DNA of 64,000 bases from assembly GCF_006345805.1 (NCBI RefSeq), contig NC_043009.1, positions 61,256,001-61,320,000 on the forward strand, read 5' to 3'. This stretch comes from Octopus sinensis. Its lineage: Eukaryota. Below the pieces are notes generated by a model. That model did not search any database, was not told the origin of the DNA, and saw only the letters and a program-made list of their open reading frames with translations. A program made the translations under genes and the position numbers. This document shows, in pieces, positions 25,625-37,829 of the stretch; the first letter of the stretch is position 1, and each line of letters begins with the position of its first letter.

Positions 25625-25846
25625 CTACTCTTGATGAGAAATCCTTGCAATACACCACGACGTCAAAAAACCTTCGAACTTTACGTAAAACTGTTATTCT
25701 CTCCTTGTTTTTTCTGTGTCCCTTTCTGTAGAAGAGCATAGGTTCGAAACGTAAAAGACTTTTTCTATTCCTGAGCATTATACTAATACATCTGTTTGTT
25801 TTGTACACCATCTGTCTTCGTCTTTTGTTTTTTCATAAACTCTCCC

Positions 25847-25848
<2 letters not shown>
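25625..25848 (+). mobile_element. Penelope-like module, family B
   Basis: Ends in (TA)n; paralog of 19030-19230; contains a hammerhead variant. Confidence 0.7.
25722..25757 (+). ncRNA. Hammerhead-like motif with variant core CTGTAGA
   Basis: CTTT-CTGTAGA-A-GAGC-ATAG-GTTC-GAAA-CG-TA-AAAG. Stem I CTTT/AAAG; stem II has one G-U pair. Confidence 0.62.
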
Positions 25849-25895
<47 letters not shown>

Positions 25896-26730
25896 GGAGA
25901 TTCATTATAGGTATAAGAATATACCATAAACAAGTACACACACACACACACATGATAGGCCACTTTCATTTCCATCTACCAATTTCACCAACAAAGTAGA
26001 GGACACCAACCACCGACATCCATGCAGTGGGACCAAAACCCCTGACCATGTGCTCCCAGATCAAACACATTGAACAGGATTGAACATTCCCTACCAATTC
26101 TTATTCAAAGATCCTGTCCTCCTGGACCCCTTGCCTAAGATTGGGATTGTGATGTTCACATTTCATTCATATGTTCTGCATACAGTTTAGTTTCTAAAAC
26201 TGGCTGTTCCCTTTTTTTTATCAATCACCAATCAGTTCACAGCATATACTATAAAATGAACATTCTCTTCTCTTCTTTCCATTCTCTCTGGCTCCCTCTA
26301 CAGTCATTTATTCCTGTGTCTCTTTCTTGTATCTTCCTTTTTATACCACTTTACTTTCTCTCTCTCTCTCTCTCTCAACACCTTTTTCACTTCTCTGCTT
26401 CTTTTTCTCTTTCTGTCCTCCCTCAAAAATTCAGTAACAAGGTGACAGTTTCCACAGGAAACTTGATTAATGTAGGGTAGCTGCTGATGAAATAGCAGCT
26501 GATTTTAATTCATTTATGTAAGAAAACAAGTTTTGTGGATGTTAAGTTCCAACTGTCAGGACCAAATGTAGCAGCCATTTTCTTTACAAGAAATTGGCTA
26601 AAAAATGATGTTTCCACATATAATACACTGGAAAAACAGGACCTGCCACATGTACATATTTTGATCTGGTCTACAAAAAGATTCATTTCTGTCAAGTTGA
26701 TTCCTTCATGTTTACAGAGCTTCCAGATGG

Positions 26731-27015
26731 GAGAAAGGTCTCCATGGATAAAGAGGTCTCCAAAGAGAAAGAGGTCTCCAGAGAGAAAGAGGTCTCCTGG
26801 GATAAAGAGGTCTCCAAAGAGAAAGAGGTCTCCAGAGAGAAAGAGGTCTCCAGGGAAAAAGAGGTCTCCAAAGAGAAAGAGAACTCCAGAGCGAAAGAGG
26901 TCTCCAGGGAGAAAGAGGTCTCCAGAGAGAAAGAGGTCTCCAGGGAAAAAGAGGTCTCCTGGGAGAAAGAGGTCTCCTGGGAGAAAGAGGTCTCCTGGGA
27001 GAAAGAGGTCTCCAG
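26731..27015. repeat. 18-bp tandem repeat (GAGAAAGAGGTCTCCAGG)n inside the Helitron Rep
   Basis: About 16 units; stop-free in the frames giving (SPGRKR)n, (EKEVSR)n and (LETSFS)n. Confidence 0.95.
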
Positions 27016-27518
27016 ATTTGCCAAAACCTTAGTGGTTCTTAATCCATGTGGTGCCCTTAACAAGACATCACCTTTTATGAGAAAGAAAAAAAAAACACAA
27101 AATCAAACATACCAAACAGTTTCCTAAACCCTTTTGTCAAAGGGGTCCCAAGCTTGTAAAAGTAGCAATCCCTCTTACAAAGAGTAAGACAAAACGATGG
27201 AAGTTTCCAAACTTTTGTAAATCAGCACAAAATTTATAACAGCTGATAATTCTTGTTTCTGACTCCTGACTGAGATATCTGATGCTCACATTAATGCCAA
27301 GCTTTGTAATTCAATAAAGTTCATCAAATATGTCTGAAAATACTTTGTCAAAGGATCTGACATGGCAACATTTGCTTTGATGCAGCAAAGAAACTGCAAT
27401 AAAGCTGTTCAATTTCATCAAGGATCATACATCAACAGCAGCTATACTTTCTAGTTCTGTTTGATTTTTCCTATTCATAAAGATACCCCAGCATTTAATA
27501 ACATGCTGTTCCATTTAC

Positions 27519-28047
27519 CAGTGGATCTCAACTAGGATGCATGTGGCGCTTGCAGGGCCCTTGTAAGATTTTACAGATAAGGTTTAACAGTGGTTCTCAA
27601 CCAGGATCCATATGGCACTTGCAGGGCCCATATAAGATTTTACAGATAAGGTTTAACAGTGGTTCTCAACCAGGATCCATATGGCGCTTGCAGGGCCCAT
27701 TTAAGATTTTACAGATAAGGTTTAACAGTGGTTCTCAACCAGGATCCATATGGCGCTTGCAGGGCCCATTTAAGATTTTACAGATAAGGTTTAACAGTGG
27801 TTCTCAACCAGGATCCATATGGCGCTTGCAGGGCCCTTGTAAGATTTTACAGATAAAGTTTATGTGCAATAAATGGTTATATTTCTACAATTGATAAAGT
27901 ATCTTAGCAATTTTTAATACAATTCCTTATAATATTTAATTATAGAAATATAAGATTTTTTTTTAAACATTGAAGGGCTAAGAAGGTCCACATGAGTAAA
28001 ATAGGAATTAAAGGGGTTCGAAGGCAAAAAATGGTCAAGAACCACTG
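27519..28047. mobile_element. hAT MITE with its left 60 bp amplified 5-fold in tandem
   Basis: CAGTGGTTCTCAACCAGGATCCATATGG repeated at ~60-bp period (27519-27860); right TIR GGTCAAGAACCACTG; splits the Helitron HL|ENGQR motif. Confidence 0.82.
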
Positions 28048-28478
28048 ACTTAGAAAATGGTCAAAGATTTTACTTCACCACAGCAGCTGTTGTATAGCAA
28101 AGCCCCCAAAAAACATAATGCTTACAACCTTTTTTTAAAGTTATTCCAGTAATATTCCTTTGCAAAAGCCAAGAGATTCTGTCCAACCATACATGGAATA
28201 ACAAGCAATGGAGATGAAGAATACAAAATGTCTCAGCTGAAGATCAACATTACATGGATATTGATAGTGCCATTGAAAGAGAGTATACTGTACATGCCAG
28301 ACAACATCAATGTTTCTTTCTATGACTTCATAACATAGGAACTTCAAGTTAATTTCAAGATAAAATTTGCACTACAGAGTGATGTGCTTTATAACTGGAT
28401 TGCTGAAAAATGATGTCCAATAAGATGAAGAGTGTCTAGAGCTTTTTAATCACAAACGGCCAAAGGTCATTAGGATCT

Positions 28479-28706
28479 TTAACCTTTTCATTACCGTATT
28501 TATTTTGAGATACTCTGTGTTTCCTTCAGTTATTTTAAATATAACAAAGAATTTAGTAAAATAACTTAGTTATCATTAACCTAGTGTTAGGGACATAAGC
28601 TGTGACTAGGTTTGGTGGAAGATTTTAATTCAAATCTTATGAAAACAAGACATTTGTACGATAGAGTCAGAGCTGGTTTCAGCCAGGTTGGTAATGAAAG
28701 GGTTAA
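28479..28706. mobile_element. TTAA MITE family 1, inverted relative to 3363-4094
   Basis: TTAACCTTTTCATTACC...GGTAATGAAAGGGTTAA. Confidence 0.85.
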
Positions 28707-28984
28707 GTTATGCTGAGTCATCCAGTTATTTCAGCTTTGGTTGAAGAACTGGAATCACCCTGCCAAAGAGTCTAAGCATCAAGTTTAACAGATTTGCCCC
28801 AGAAGGGGAAATAGAGTTCTAAGATGAAATTAATGAGACATTCCTTATCAGCATGCTCAATGATATAAACAGCCAAGAACTTACAAAAATATGGCTTCTC
28901 TTACTTAAACGGCACTGAAGACAATAATCTAACAACAGAAATTTTGAAAGAGGCATCATATAATGTGGAAACATTTATAGTGTA

Positions 28985-29150
28985 TGTAAAAGCACCCACT
29001 ACACTCTCGGAGTGGTTGGCGTTAGGAAGGGCATCCAGCTGTAGAAACTCTGATCAGATTGGAGCCTGGTGCAGCCTTCTGGTTTGCCAGTCCTCTGTCA
29101 AATCGTCCAACCCATGCTAGCATGGAAAGTGGACATTAAATGATGATGTA
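28985..29150 (+). mobile_element. RTE 3'UTR fragment
   Basis: CACCCACTACACTCTCGGAGTGGTTGGCGTTAGGAAGGGCATCCAG...(GAT)n; flanked by TGTAAAAG on both sides. Confidence 0.8.
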
Positions 29151-30378
29151 AAAGACAAAGAACACAGACTCACTGTGAAAGATAGAGTAATAGACTATTC
29201 TACTATTTTTTAAAGAGTTTGACAATGTGAGGTTGGAATTGTCTTCCTTCCTGGTGACATTGTAACTGGAAATATTTCTTGATCAGTCTATTGCTTACCA
29301 AACTCTGTCAACTTATTGCAATAGTGTGTTCAGATATTGCTGCCACACTCCTTCCTTAGAACTCTACAGCACAGTGTGCTTTCAAACTCCTCTTGGAATT
29401 GGGTAGAAACGGTTCTCCTGTTTGTGATATTGCCAAGAATTCTGAAACTAGACAAGTTTTTAGATACCAAATGATTGCCTAGAATGAATGTATTATTATT
29501 CACAAGAGAACTTTTGAGGCCCTGAACAGGACATTGCATGAACTGCATGACAAAAGATTTCAAATGAATGGAGTAGTCAGATTCTGCTAATGATAACAAA
29601 AGGAAAGAAAGTGTATAAAAGTCATGCTTGTCTTAAAATGTCATTGCTTTGAACCAAACTTAAAATCTTCAAACTCTCTACAAGACCATTAAACATTTTT
29701 AAAGATCAATAGTTTGGTCATTTTGCAAAAAATTTATTACAAGTTGAAGAGGGAAATATCTTTCTGACAGTAATGGTAACATGAACACAGTTCCTATAAT
29801 TGCAGTGGTTAAGATACCAGGTAGTTTAGTATCAAATAAATTCCTTGGTCAGCAAGATTTTCACCTAACACACAAGTGACTATATGGAGAAAAAAAACTG
29901 TTCGGGCAACTGTGACAACTGGTATCTGTTACAAGAATATTCAGGAAATAGTCACAGCTACAAATCAGCAGACACCGTTGTGAATCAGAAAGAAATAGTT
30001 CATTATCCAATAGAATTACAAAATCCATTGGAATCTTCGGATTTACTGCCAGACAGACATCAGCTAAAAACAGAATCACCAATAATTCGGATCAGTTACA
30101 AGTGTGCAATAGCACAAAACAGATGGCTAAGTGGCTTGCAACACATGTCACTTGCAACAATGGATGCACCAAAAGACAGATGCAACTACACTCAAAATTC
30201 CACCTATAAAAACAGATGTGCTCTTTCAGTTTAAAAGTCTGCAGTTTGCAGAATGTCTAAGCTTCAACATGTTAAATCAATAAATCCCAAGGGTAAACAT
30301 TGAAGGTTGCTGGACTGCATTTTGAGAAACTAATGGCTAGTTATATACTAGATGCTTAAGAAATGGAACCCTCTCACC

Positions 30379-30410
<32 letters not shown>

Positions 30411-30977
30411 TTAGTGTCCATTTTCCATGTTGGCATGAGTTTAGGGGAGTTTGACAGGAGCTGGCTGTTTTGGCTTGATTTCTACAGATGTATGCCTTTC
30501 CCAATGCCAACCACTTCATAGAGTGTACTGGGTACTTTTTAAATGCACCATCACCAGTGCTTTTTAGATGGTACTAGCACCAGTGCATTTTACTATTTCT
30601 TTACTACCCACAAGGGGCTAAGCACAGAGGGGACAAACGAATTAAGTCAATTATATTGACCCCAGTGCGTAACTAGTACTTATTTAATCAACCCCGAAAG
30701 AATGAAAGGCAAAGTCGACCTCGGCAGAATTTGAACTCAGAACGTAACCGCAGACGAAATACTGCTAAGTATTTCACCCGGCATGCTAACGATTCTACCA
30801 GCTCGTCGCCACACCAGTACATTTTACATGGTACCAGCACTAGTGCTTTTTACATGACACCATGATCTTTTTAATTCCTGTTGGTAAATAAAAAGCACTG
30901 TACATGCTGAGAGCTGACATGACAATGTTTGAGGTCTGCCAAAAGCTATAAAGTGTACAAATTTAATACCATAAAAC

Positions 30978-31205
30978 TTAACCCTTTAGCATTCAGATTA
31001 CTCTATGAGATGTAATTCTTATTTATTCACATCATTTGAAATTAATTATACATTATCTCATAGCTTTGAGATTTCAATGATGTGATTGTTTATTTTTAAA
31101 ATGACGCTGCATAGTAGATATGAGAGGCCAGAGCTGACTAGCTTGAAGATAAAACTGGTTGAATATTTTGGCCAGATTTGGCCAGTTTAAATGCTAAAGG
31201 GTTAA
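30978..31205. mobile_element. TTAA MITE family 2
   Basis: TTAACCCTTTAGCATT / AATGCTAAAGGGTTAA perfect TIRs. Confidence 0.88.
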
Positions 31206-31708
31206 AAAGAGCATCACAGTTCTTAAATATATTTCTATCAGTACATATATTCAGGTCTCACTATTTAGGTGTGTGGATGTCCTTTGAGCATTCTGGGTAC
31301 TGCATATCATGAGAATAACTTCATTTCCAAGAATGGGTTGCTTCTCAACACTTCTACTCATTTCACTAATAATTTTAAGAATTAGATAATATCAAAAAGA
31401 AAAAAAAGAGAAAATGTTCTATTCATATGTTCATACTTAATTTGCATGAATTAGCATATGTTATTTTTACAATCAAATTATAGAATACACTATTAATATT
31501 GAGTGTGTATCTGCAGTGTGTTGCATTACAGAAACCAGATGGCTATAAATGTATAGGATGGCAATTTCAAGTCTTAGCTGAATGCTAATTTTTCAAGAGT
31601 AATCCAATATTGTTTGATTAAACTAAATATGCCTTCATTAAGAACACTTTTTGAGGAAAGTATATAGCTACATTCCAGCCTGGAGTAATCTCAACTGTTC
31701 TACTGATA

Positions 31709-31744
<36 letters not shown>

Positions 31745-31759
31745 CACTTTTTACAATTT

Positions 31760-31832
<73 letters not shown>

Positions 31833-32131
31833 CCATACATACATACCTATATATATAACATAATCATTTAATGTCCATTGTCCATGCTGGACAGTTTGAC
31901 CAGGGCTGGTAAGCTGAGGTGCTGCATCAGACTCCAGTCTAATTTGGCATGATTTCTATGGCTGGATGCCTTCCTAGCACCAACCACTCCAAGAGTGTAA
32001 TGAGTGCTAATACGCGTCGCTGGCACAGGTGCTAGTTGCATGACACCAGTATCTGCCATGACTACAATTTCACTTGGCTTGATGGGTCTTCTCAAGCACG
32101 GCATACTGCCAAAGGTCTCAGTCATCTGTGT

Positions 32132-32250
<119 letters not shown>

Positions 32251-32273
32251 TTATATATGTTATATATACATAT

Positions 32274-32322
<49 letters not shown>

Positions 32323-32393
32323 CAATATATATATATATATAATATATATATATATATAATCAAAGTAAACAACAAGAATATCTTCGGTAATTT

Positions 32394-32475
32394 GGTACGA
32401 TCGTTTCATGCTACATCATTTTATTAAACATTGTAAGTATTACAACAGTTTTAAAATGTTGAGCAATCATCAGCC
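32394..32475 (-). ncRNA. Type-I hammerhead ribozyme motif with a long stem II, in a (TA)n-abutting Penelope-like fragment (~32358-32605)
   Basis: Minus: GG-CTGATGA-T-TGCT-[CAACATTTTAAAACTGTTGTAA-TAC-TTACAATGTTTAATAAAATGATGT]-AGCA-T-GAAAC-GATC-GTA-CC. Canonical core, palindromic GATC loop III, GUA cleavage triplet. Confidence 0.78.
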
Positions 32476-32754
32476 GTTTATAGAGGTTTTCCATCAATAC
32501 ATATAATTATTTACATGTTAATTAATAACATTATAAAGAGAGTAGATATATAGACAGAGATGTTGATTTGAATGTTAAGAACATTAAGGTATTAGAATTT
32601 ATCAATTTCAGTGTCTGTCTACCAAATCCATTCACAAGGCTTTGGTCGGCCTGAGGCTATAGCAGAAGACACTTGCCCAAGGTGCCACTCAATGGGACTG
32701 AACCCGGAACTATGTGGTTGGTAAGCAACCTACTTACCACACAGCCACTCTTGT

Positions 32755-34900
32755 GCCCATCTGGACAGTTAATCAAGTTACTCAAGGGGTCATACCCAAT
32801 GACTGGATTAGTAATATTGTAAACTGCTGCAAGAGCAAACCAGGTGCCTTAGAGAGAAAGGAAACAACAGTAGAATCAAACTATTGTATCATGTTACGGT
32901 CACAGAGAGATCACAGTATAACTGAACGATGAAAGAGTAGACCCAGATGAGATGTATTTTGGCTTCATGCCAAGAATTACCATGGCTGCAATCTTCCTAA
33001 CAAGGCAACTTCAGGAGAAATACTTGGTTAAGAGTAAACCACTATTCCTGGAATTTGTTGACTTGGAGAAGGCATTTGACATTCAGTAATTTAATGGTTA
33101 CTAAGGAAACTAGATGTAAATAAATGACTTATTGAGGGCTGTACAAAATATGCACAAATATGCAGTAAGTAAAGTGAGAATCAACAATGAATTTAGTGAC
33201 AAATTTTTAGCCTTGAAGGAAGGTGCCCATCAAGATTTAGTCCTCAACCTGTCTCCTATTCTTCATAATCCTACAAACCATCACACAAGTCTTTCAGACT
33301 GGTTGTCCAAGGGGACTCTTATAAGCTGGTTCTTGCAGAAGAATCTATAGAGGAATTAGAGAGAAAATTCCAGGCATAGAACCTAAACCTAGAATTTAGA
33401 GGCTTCAAGATAAACTTAACAAAGTTTAAAGTTTTAGCGAGTAGTATCTTTAAGGAAATAACAATATGTAGAAATAGAGTAAGTATAAACTTCATGTGCT
33501 AAACTTAATATAAGCTATGAATACACAGGAGGTCTTGTGGAATTACAGGCAAACTAACGTAGAATGTAAGCTTCATATATGACCATTGCATTGGAACAGT
33601 TTATACTAAAAACTCACCAAAAACTTTTTTAAATGACCAAATAGCTTACTATAAGTAGTCAATTGCTTTTGTTACCTAAAAGATATATATTTCTTTGCCA
33701 CCCACAAGGGGCTAAACATAGAAAGGACAAACAAGGACAGACAAATGGATTAAGTCGATTACATCGACCCCAGTGCGTAACTGGTACTTAATTTATCGAC
33801 CCCGAAAGGATGAAAGGCAAAGTCGATCTCGGCAGAATTTGAACTCAGAACATAACGGCAGACGAAATACCACAAAGCATTTTGCCCGGCGTGCTAACAA
33901 TTCTGCCAGCTCGCTGCCCTAAGAGATATAATCAGCAGGGAGGTTGTTGCTTGGAGAGTATAGTAGCCAGGATAAGGATAGGAAAAGTTCAGGTTAATAC
34001 AACTGCTGTTGACAACAATCTTTTCCCTCAGAGCGAACGGCAGATTGTATGATGCTTGTGTTAAACCTGTGATGCTGCAAGGTAGTGAGACATGGACCTT
34101 AAATGCAGAGGGCTAGAGAAAACTGGAGAGGAATTAAGTCAGAATGCTCTGATGGATATGCAATGTTTGTGTGTATAAAAGACAAATTACAACTGAATTT
34201 GGAGAAAAATTGGACATAAGAGGAATCACATGTAGTGTTTTAGAAAGTTGATTGCATCGGTATGGACTTGTGATGCATATGGATGAGGAAAGCTGTATAA
34301 AGAATTGCCAATCACTTAGTATAGATGGAGCTTGCAGAAGAAAGATACCCAGGAAAACATGGGACAAAGTAGCATAAGTTAATTTCAGGACTTTGAATCT
34401 CATGGAGGAGATGAAAAATGACTGAGATGAAGTTGCTGGAAATGGAGATCTCCAGGTCCAAATTCTTGGAAGGCATGCTACATGGTAGTGAGACATGGGC
34501 TTTGAATGTAGAGAACATGCAAAGACTGGAAAGAAATGCAGCAAGCATTCTTCCCTGCATGTGCAATGTCAGTGTGCAATGAATAACAAGGTATGTTGAG
34601 AGAAAAACTGAGTGTAAGACGAATCAGATGTCGTGTGAAAAAGAAGTTTGATTATGTGATGAGGACAGCTTTATAAGAAAGTCTTGTCAATGTGGATGGA
34701 ACTTGTAGAAGAGGGTGACCCAGGAAAATGTGGGATGGAAGAGTGAAGGCTGATCTCAGGATGTTGAGCTTCACAGGTAAGATGGCAAAGAACTGGGATG
34801 AATGGCAATATTCAGTGCTCAAGAAGATTACTCCTCGCAGTAAAAGCGAGATTCTAAAAGCATTAAATGTGTGCATACAACTGGGTCCTACACTCCCAGT
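32755..34900 (+). pseudogene. Old RTE ORF2 remnant(s) with a nested SINE (33690-33918)
   Basis: VNQVTQGVIPNDW, QLQEKYL, EFVDLEKAFD, GRLYDACV, GSETW; partial second 3' copy at ~34460-34830. Confidence 0.8.
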
Positions 34901-35349
34901 TTGTCCTTGACAAGCACTCCCTATCTTCACACATCTTCCTCTCACTCATTTCCTCCATCACTCTTCTAGCTACTGCACTATTCTGCCACTGTGAATAAAT
35001 GAGAAAAGAACTACATACTTCATCATCATCATCATTACCACCATCTTCGTTTTGTTTTATGTCCAGTTTTCATGCAGCCATTGAATGGGGACAGGAGTCA
35101 GCCCAAATCTGAAGATGCTACTCATGAAGAATGAGTTGAAGGGCAGCATCTCGATTGCAAAATTCATTGTGTGTGGTGTGTGTGTGTGTGCGTGTGTGCA
35201 TGTGTATGTATTAGTTTCAAATTTTGGCAAAAAGCCAGTATTTTCAGGGGAGTGGATAAGTTGATTACACTGACTCCAGTGCTTGACTCAGTTTATTCAA
35301 TCGACTCCAAAAAGAGGAAAGGCAAAGACAACCTCAGCAGATATACATG

Positions 35350-37212
35350 TGTTTCGTGTTGCAAGACAGTGTGTGAGAGAGAATCGTGATGTGGTAGGAG
35401 AGAAGTGTGTTTGCATGGAAGATGGTTCACTTGCGCTAAATGAGGATGCAAAGAGAGAGGTTTGGAGATGCCACTATGAAAGGTTGCTGAATGAAGAAAA
35501 TGAATGGGATAAAGAGAGTCTGCCGAATGTTGACCCAACAGAGGGACCAGCTATCCGAGTTGATAGTTCCGTGGTAGCTAAGGCAATTAGAAGCATGAAG
35601 ACAGGGAAAGCCCCAGGCCCATCAGGAATCACTGCAGAGATGCTCAAAATGTCTGGTAGTGTCGGCTATAGCCTAGTCACCCGTATAGTTAATCAGGTGA
35701 TACACAAAGGGGTCATACCCAATGACTGGTGTAGCAGTATAATAGTCAACTGCTACAAAGGTAAAGGTGATGCCCTAGATACAAATAACTACAGAGGTAT
35801 CAAGCTGTTGGACCAGGTGATGAAGGTTATGGAGAGGGTCATAGCCTAACTAATTAGAGAGAGAGTTAGTTTAGATGAGATGCAGTTTGGGTTTGTGCCA
35901 GGGAAAAGTACTACTGATGCTATATTCCTGGTAAGGCAGCTGCAGGAGAAATACCTAGCCAAAGATAAGCCCCTGTACCTGGCTTTTGTTGACATGGAGA
36001 AAGCCTTCGACAGGGTCCCCCGATCCCTTATCTGGTGGGCAATGAGGAAACTAGGATAGATGAATGGTTAGTGAGAGCTGTGCGGGCCATGTACAGGGAC
36101 GCCGCTAGTAGGGTGAGGGTTGGAAATGTGTACAGTGAAGAATTCCGGGTAGAGGTAGGAGTCCACCAAGGCTCAGTACTCAGCCCCCTCCTATTTATCA
36201 TAGTCCTCCAGGCAATAACGGAGGAATTCAAGACAGGATGCCCTTGGGAGCTCCTCTATGCTGATGACCTTGCTCTAATTGCTGAGTCGCTATCAGAACT
36301 GGAGGAGAAGTTTCAGGTGTGGAAACAAGGATTAGAATCGAAGGGCCTCAGAGTCAATCCAGCTAAAACCAAAGTCGTAATCAGTAGGAAGGTAGACAAA
36401 TCACAAACACCTTCAGGTAGATGGCCCTACTCGATCTGTAGAAAAGGTGTAGGTAGAAACTCTATAAGATGCACCAAGTGTAAGCTATGGACACATAAGA
36501 GATGCAGCAATGTCAAAGGAAGGCTAACTAGGAAGATGGTTTTTGTATGTGGCAGATGCTCAGGAACAATAAACACTGAAAATGCTCTGAGACCAACTTC
36601 CGTCACTTTCCAGGGAGAAAAACTAGAAATAGTTGATAGTTTCCGTTACCTAGGTGACCAAGTCAGCAGCGGGGGCGGGTGTGCTGAAAGTGTAACTGCT
36701 AGAGTAAGAATAGCTTGGGCAAAGTTCAGAGAGCTCTTACCTCTGCTGGTGACAAAAGGCCTCTCGCACAGAGTGAAAGGCAGACTGTATGATGCATGTG
36801 TACGAACAGCCATGCTACATGGCAGTGAAACATGGGCCGTGACTGCTGAGGATATGCGTAAGCTCGCTAGAAATGAAGCCAGTATGCTCCGATGGATGTG
36901 TAATGCCGGTACTCACACTCGGCAGAGTGTAAGTCCTTGAGAGAAAAGCTGGACCTAAGAAGCATCAGTTGTGGTGTGCAAGAGAGACGTTTGCGCTGGT
37001 ATGGTCATGTGGCGAGAATGGATGAAGATAGTTGTGTGAAAAAGTGCCACACCCTAGCGGTTGAGGGAACCTGTGGAAGAGGCAGACCCAGGAAAACCTG
37101 GGTCGAGGTGGTGAAGCACGACCTTCGAACTTTAGGTCTCACTGAGGAAATGACTAGAGACCGAGACCTCTGGAAGTGTGCTGTGCGCGAGAAGACCCGG
37201 CAGGACAAGTGA
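35350..37212 (+). pseudogene. RTE ORF2 reverse transcriptase, disrupted
   Basis: KAPGPSGI, NYRGIKLL, QFGF, DMEKAFDRV, GVHQGSVLSPLLF, LYADDL, FRYLG, RGRGRPRKTW. Stop at 35847, frameshifts near 36050 and 36935. Confidence 0.93.
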
Positions 37213-37826
37213 GTCCATAACCCGTGGCCTTCTACTTGGGATGGAGCCAGCCTACGTATACATACCTTCCCTTCTTGGGACACAAAACTCTACTTGTGAA
37301 GACGTGATGAGGCAAGTGAGGATCAGAATCGAAATCGATCAATGGAAATTGCGGATGTGCTACCAGTGCCGGTGGCATGTCAAAACTCTGCTTGTGAAGA
37401 CCCGTTGAGGCAAGTGACGATCAGAATCGAAATCGATCAATGGAAATCGATCAATGGAAATTGCAGATGTGTTACCAGTGCCGGTGGCATGTAAGAGAAC
37501 TTTCCGTTTCGCGACCGTTGCCAGCACCGCCCCGTTTCGTGTCCGTTGCCAGCCTCGCCTGGCCCTCGTGCCGGTGGCACATAAAAAGCACCATCCGTTC
37601 GTGGCCGTTTGCCAGCTCTGTCTGGCACCAGTGCGGGTGGCACGTAAAAAGCACCCACTACACTCACGGAGTGGTTGGCGTTAGGAAGGGCATCCAGCCG
37701 TAGAAACACTGCCAGATTTGACTGGGCCTGATGAAGCCTTCTGGCTTCACAGACCCCAGTAGAACCGTCCAACCCATGCTAGCATGGAAAACGGACGCTA
37801 AACGATGATGATGATGATGATGATGA
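35350..37826 (+). mobile_element. 5'-truncated RTE-clade LINE (relatively young)
   Basis: RT ORF, then 3'UTR ending in (GAT)n. Possible TSD ATATACATGT (35341) / ATATAAATGT (37830). Confidence 0.92.
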
Positions 37827-37829
37827 TAT

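Larger units (their letters stand above)
26530..30330 (+). pseudogene. Decayed Helitron Rep/PIF1-helicase (RepHel) gene
   Basis: Collinear motifs: EKQDLPHVHILIW (HUH motif 2), ELPD, CGALNKTSPFM, DAHINAKLCNSIKFIKYV*KY..KGSD, FPIH, ENGQRFYF, DIAATLLP, SYKSADTV..YPIELQNPLE, and a frameshifted INKSQG.TL..AGL. Interrupted by MITEs and an RTE fragment. Confidence 0.85.

Noticed and set aside
26478-26502. CTGATGAAATAGCAG hairpin as a hammerhead
   Set aside because: No stem II between the core boxes.
37724-37760. CTGATGA-AGCC-TTCT-GGCTT as a hammerhead
   Set aside because: No GAAA or UH follows; other RTE UTR copies read CTGGTGCAGCC.
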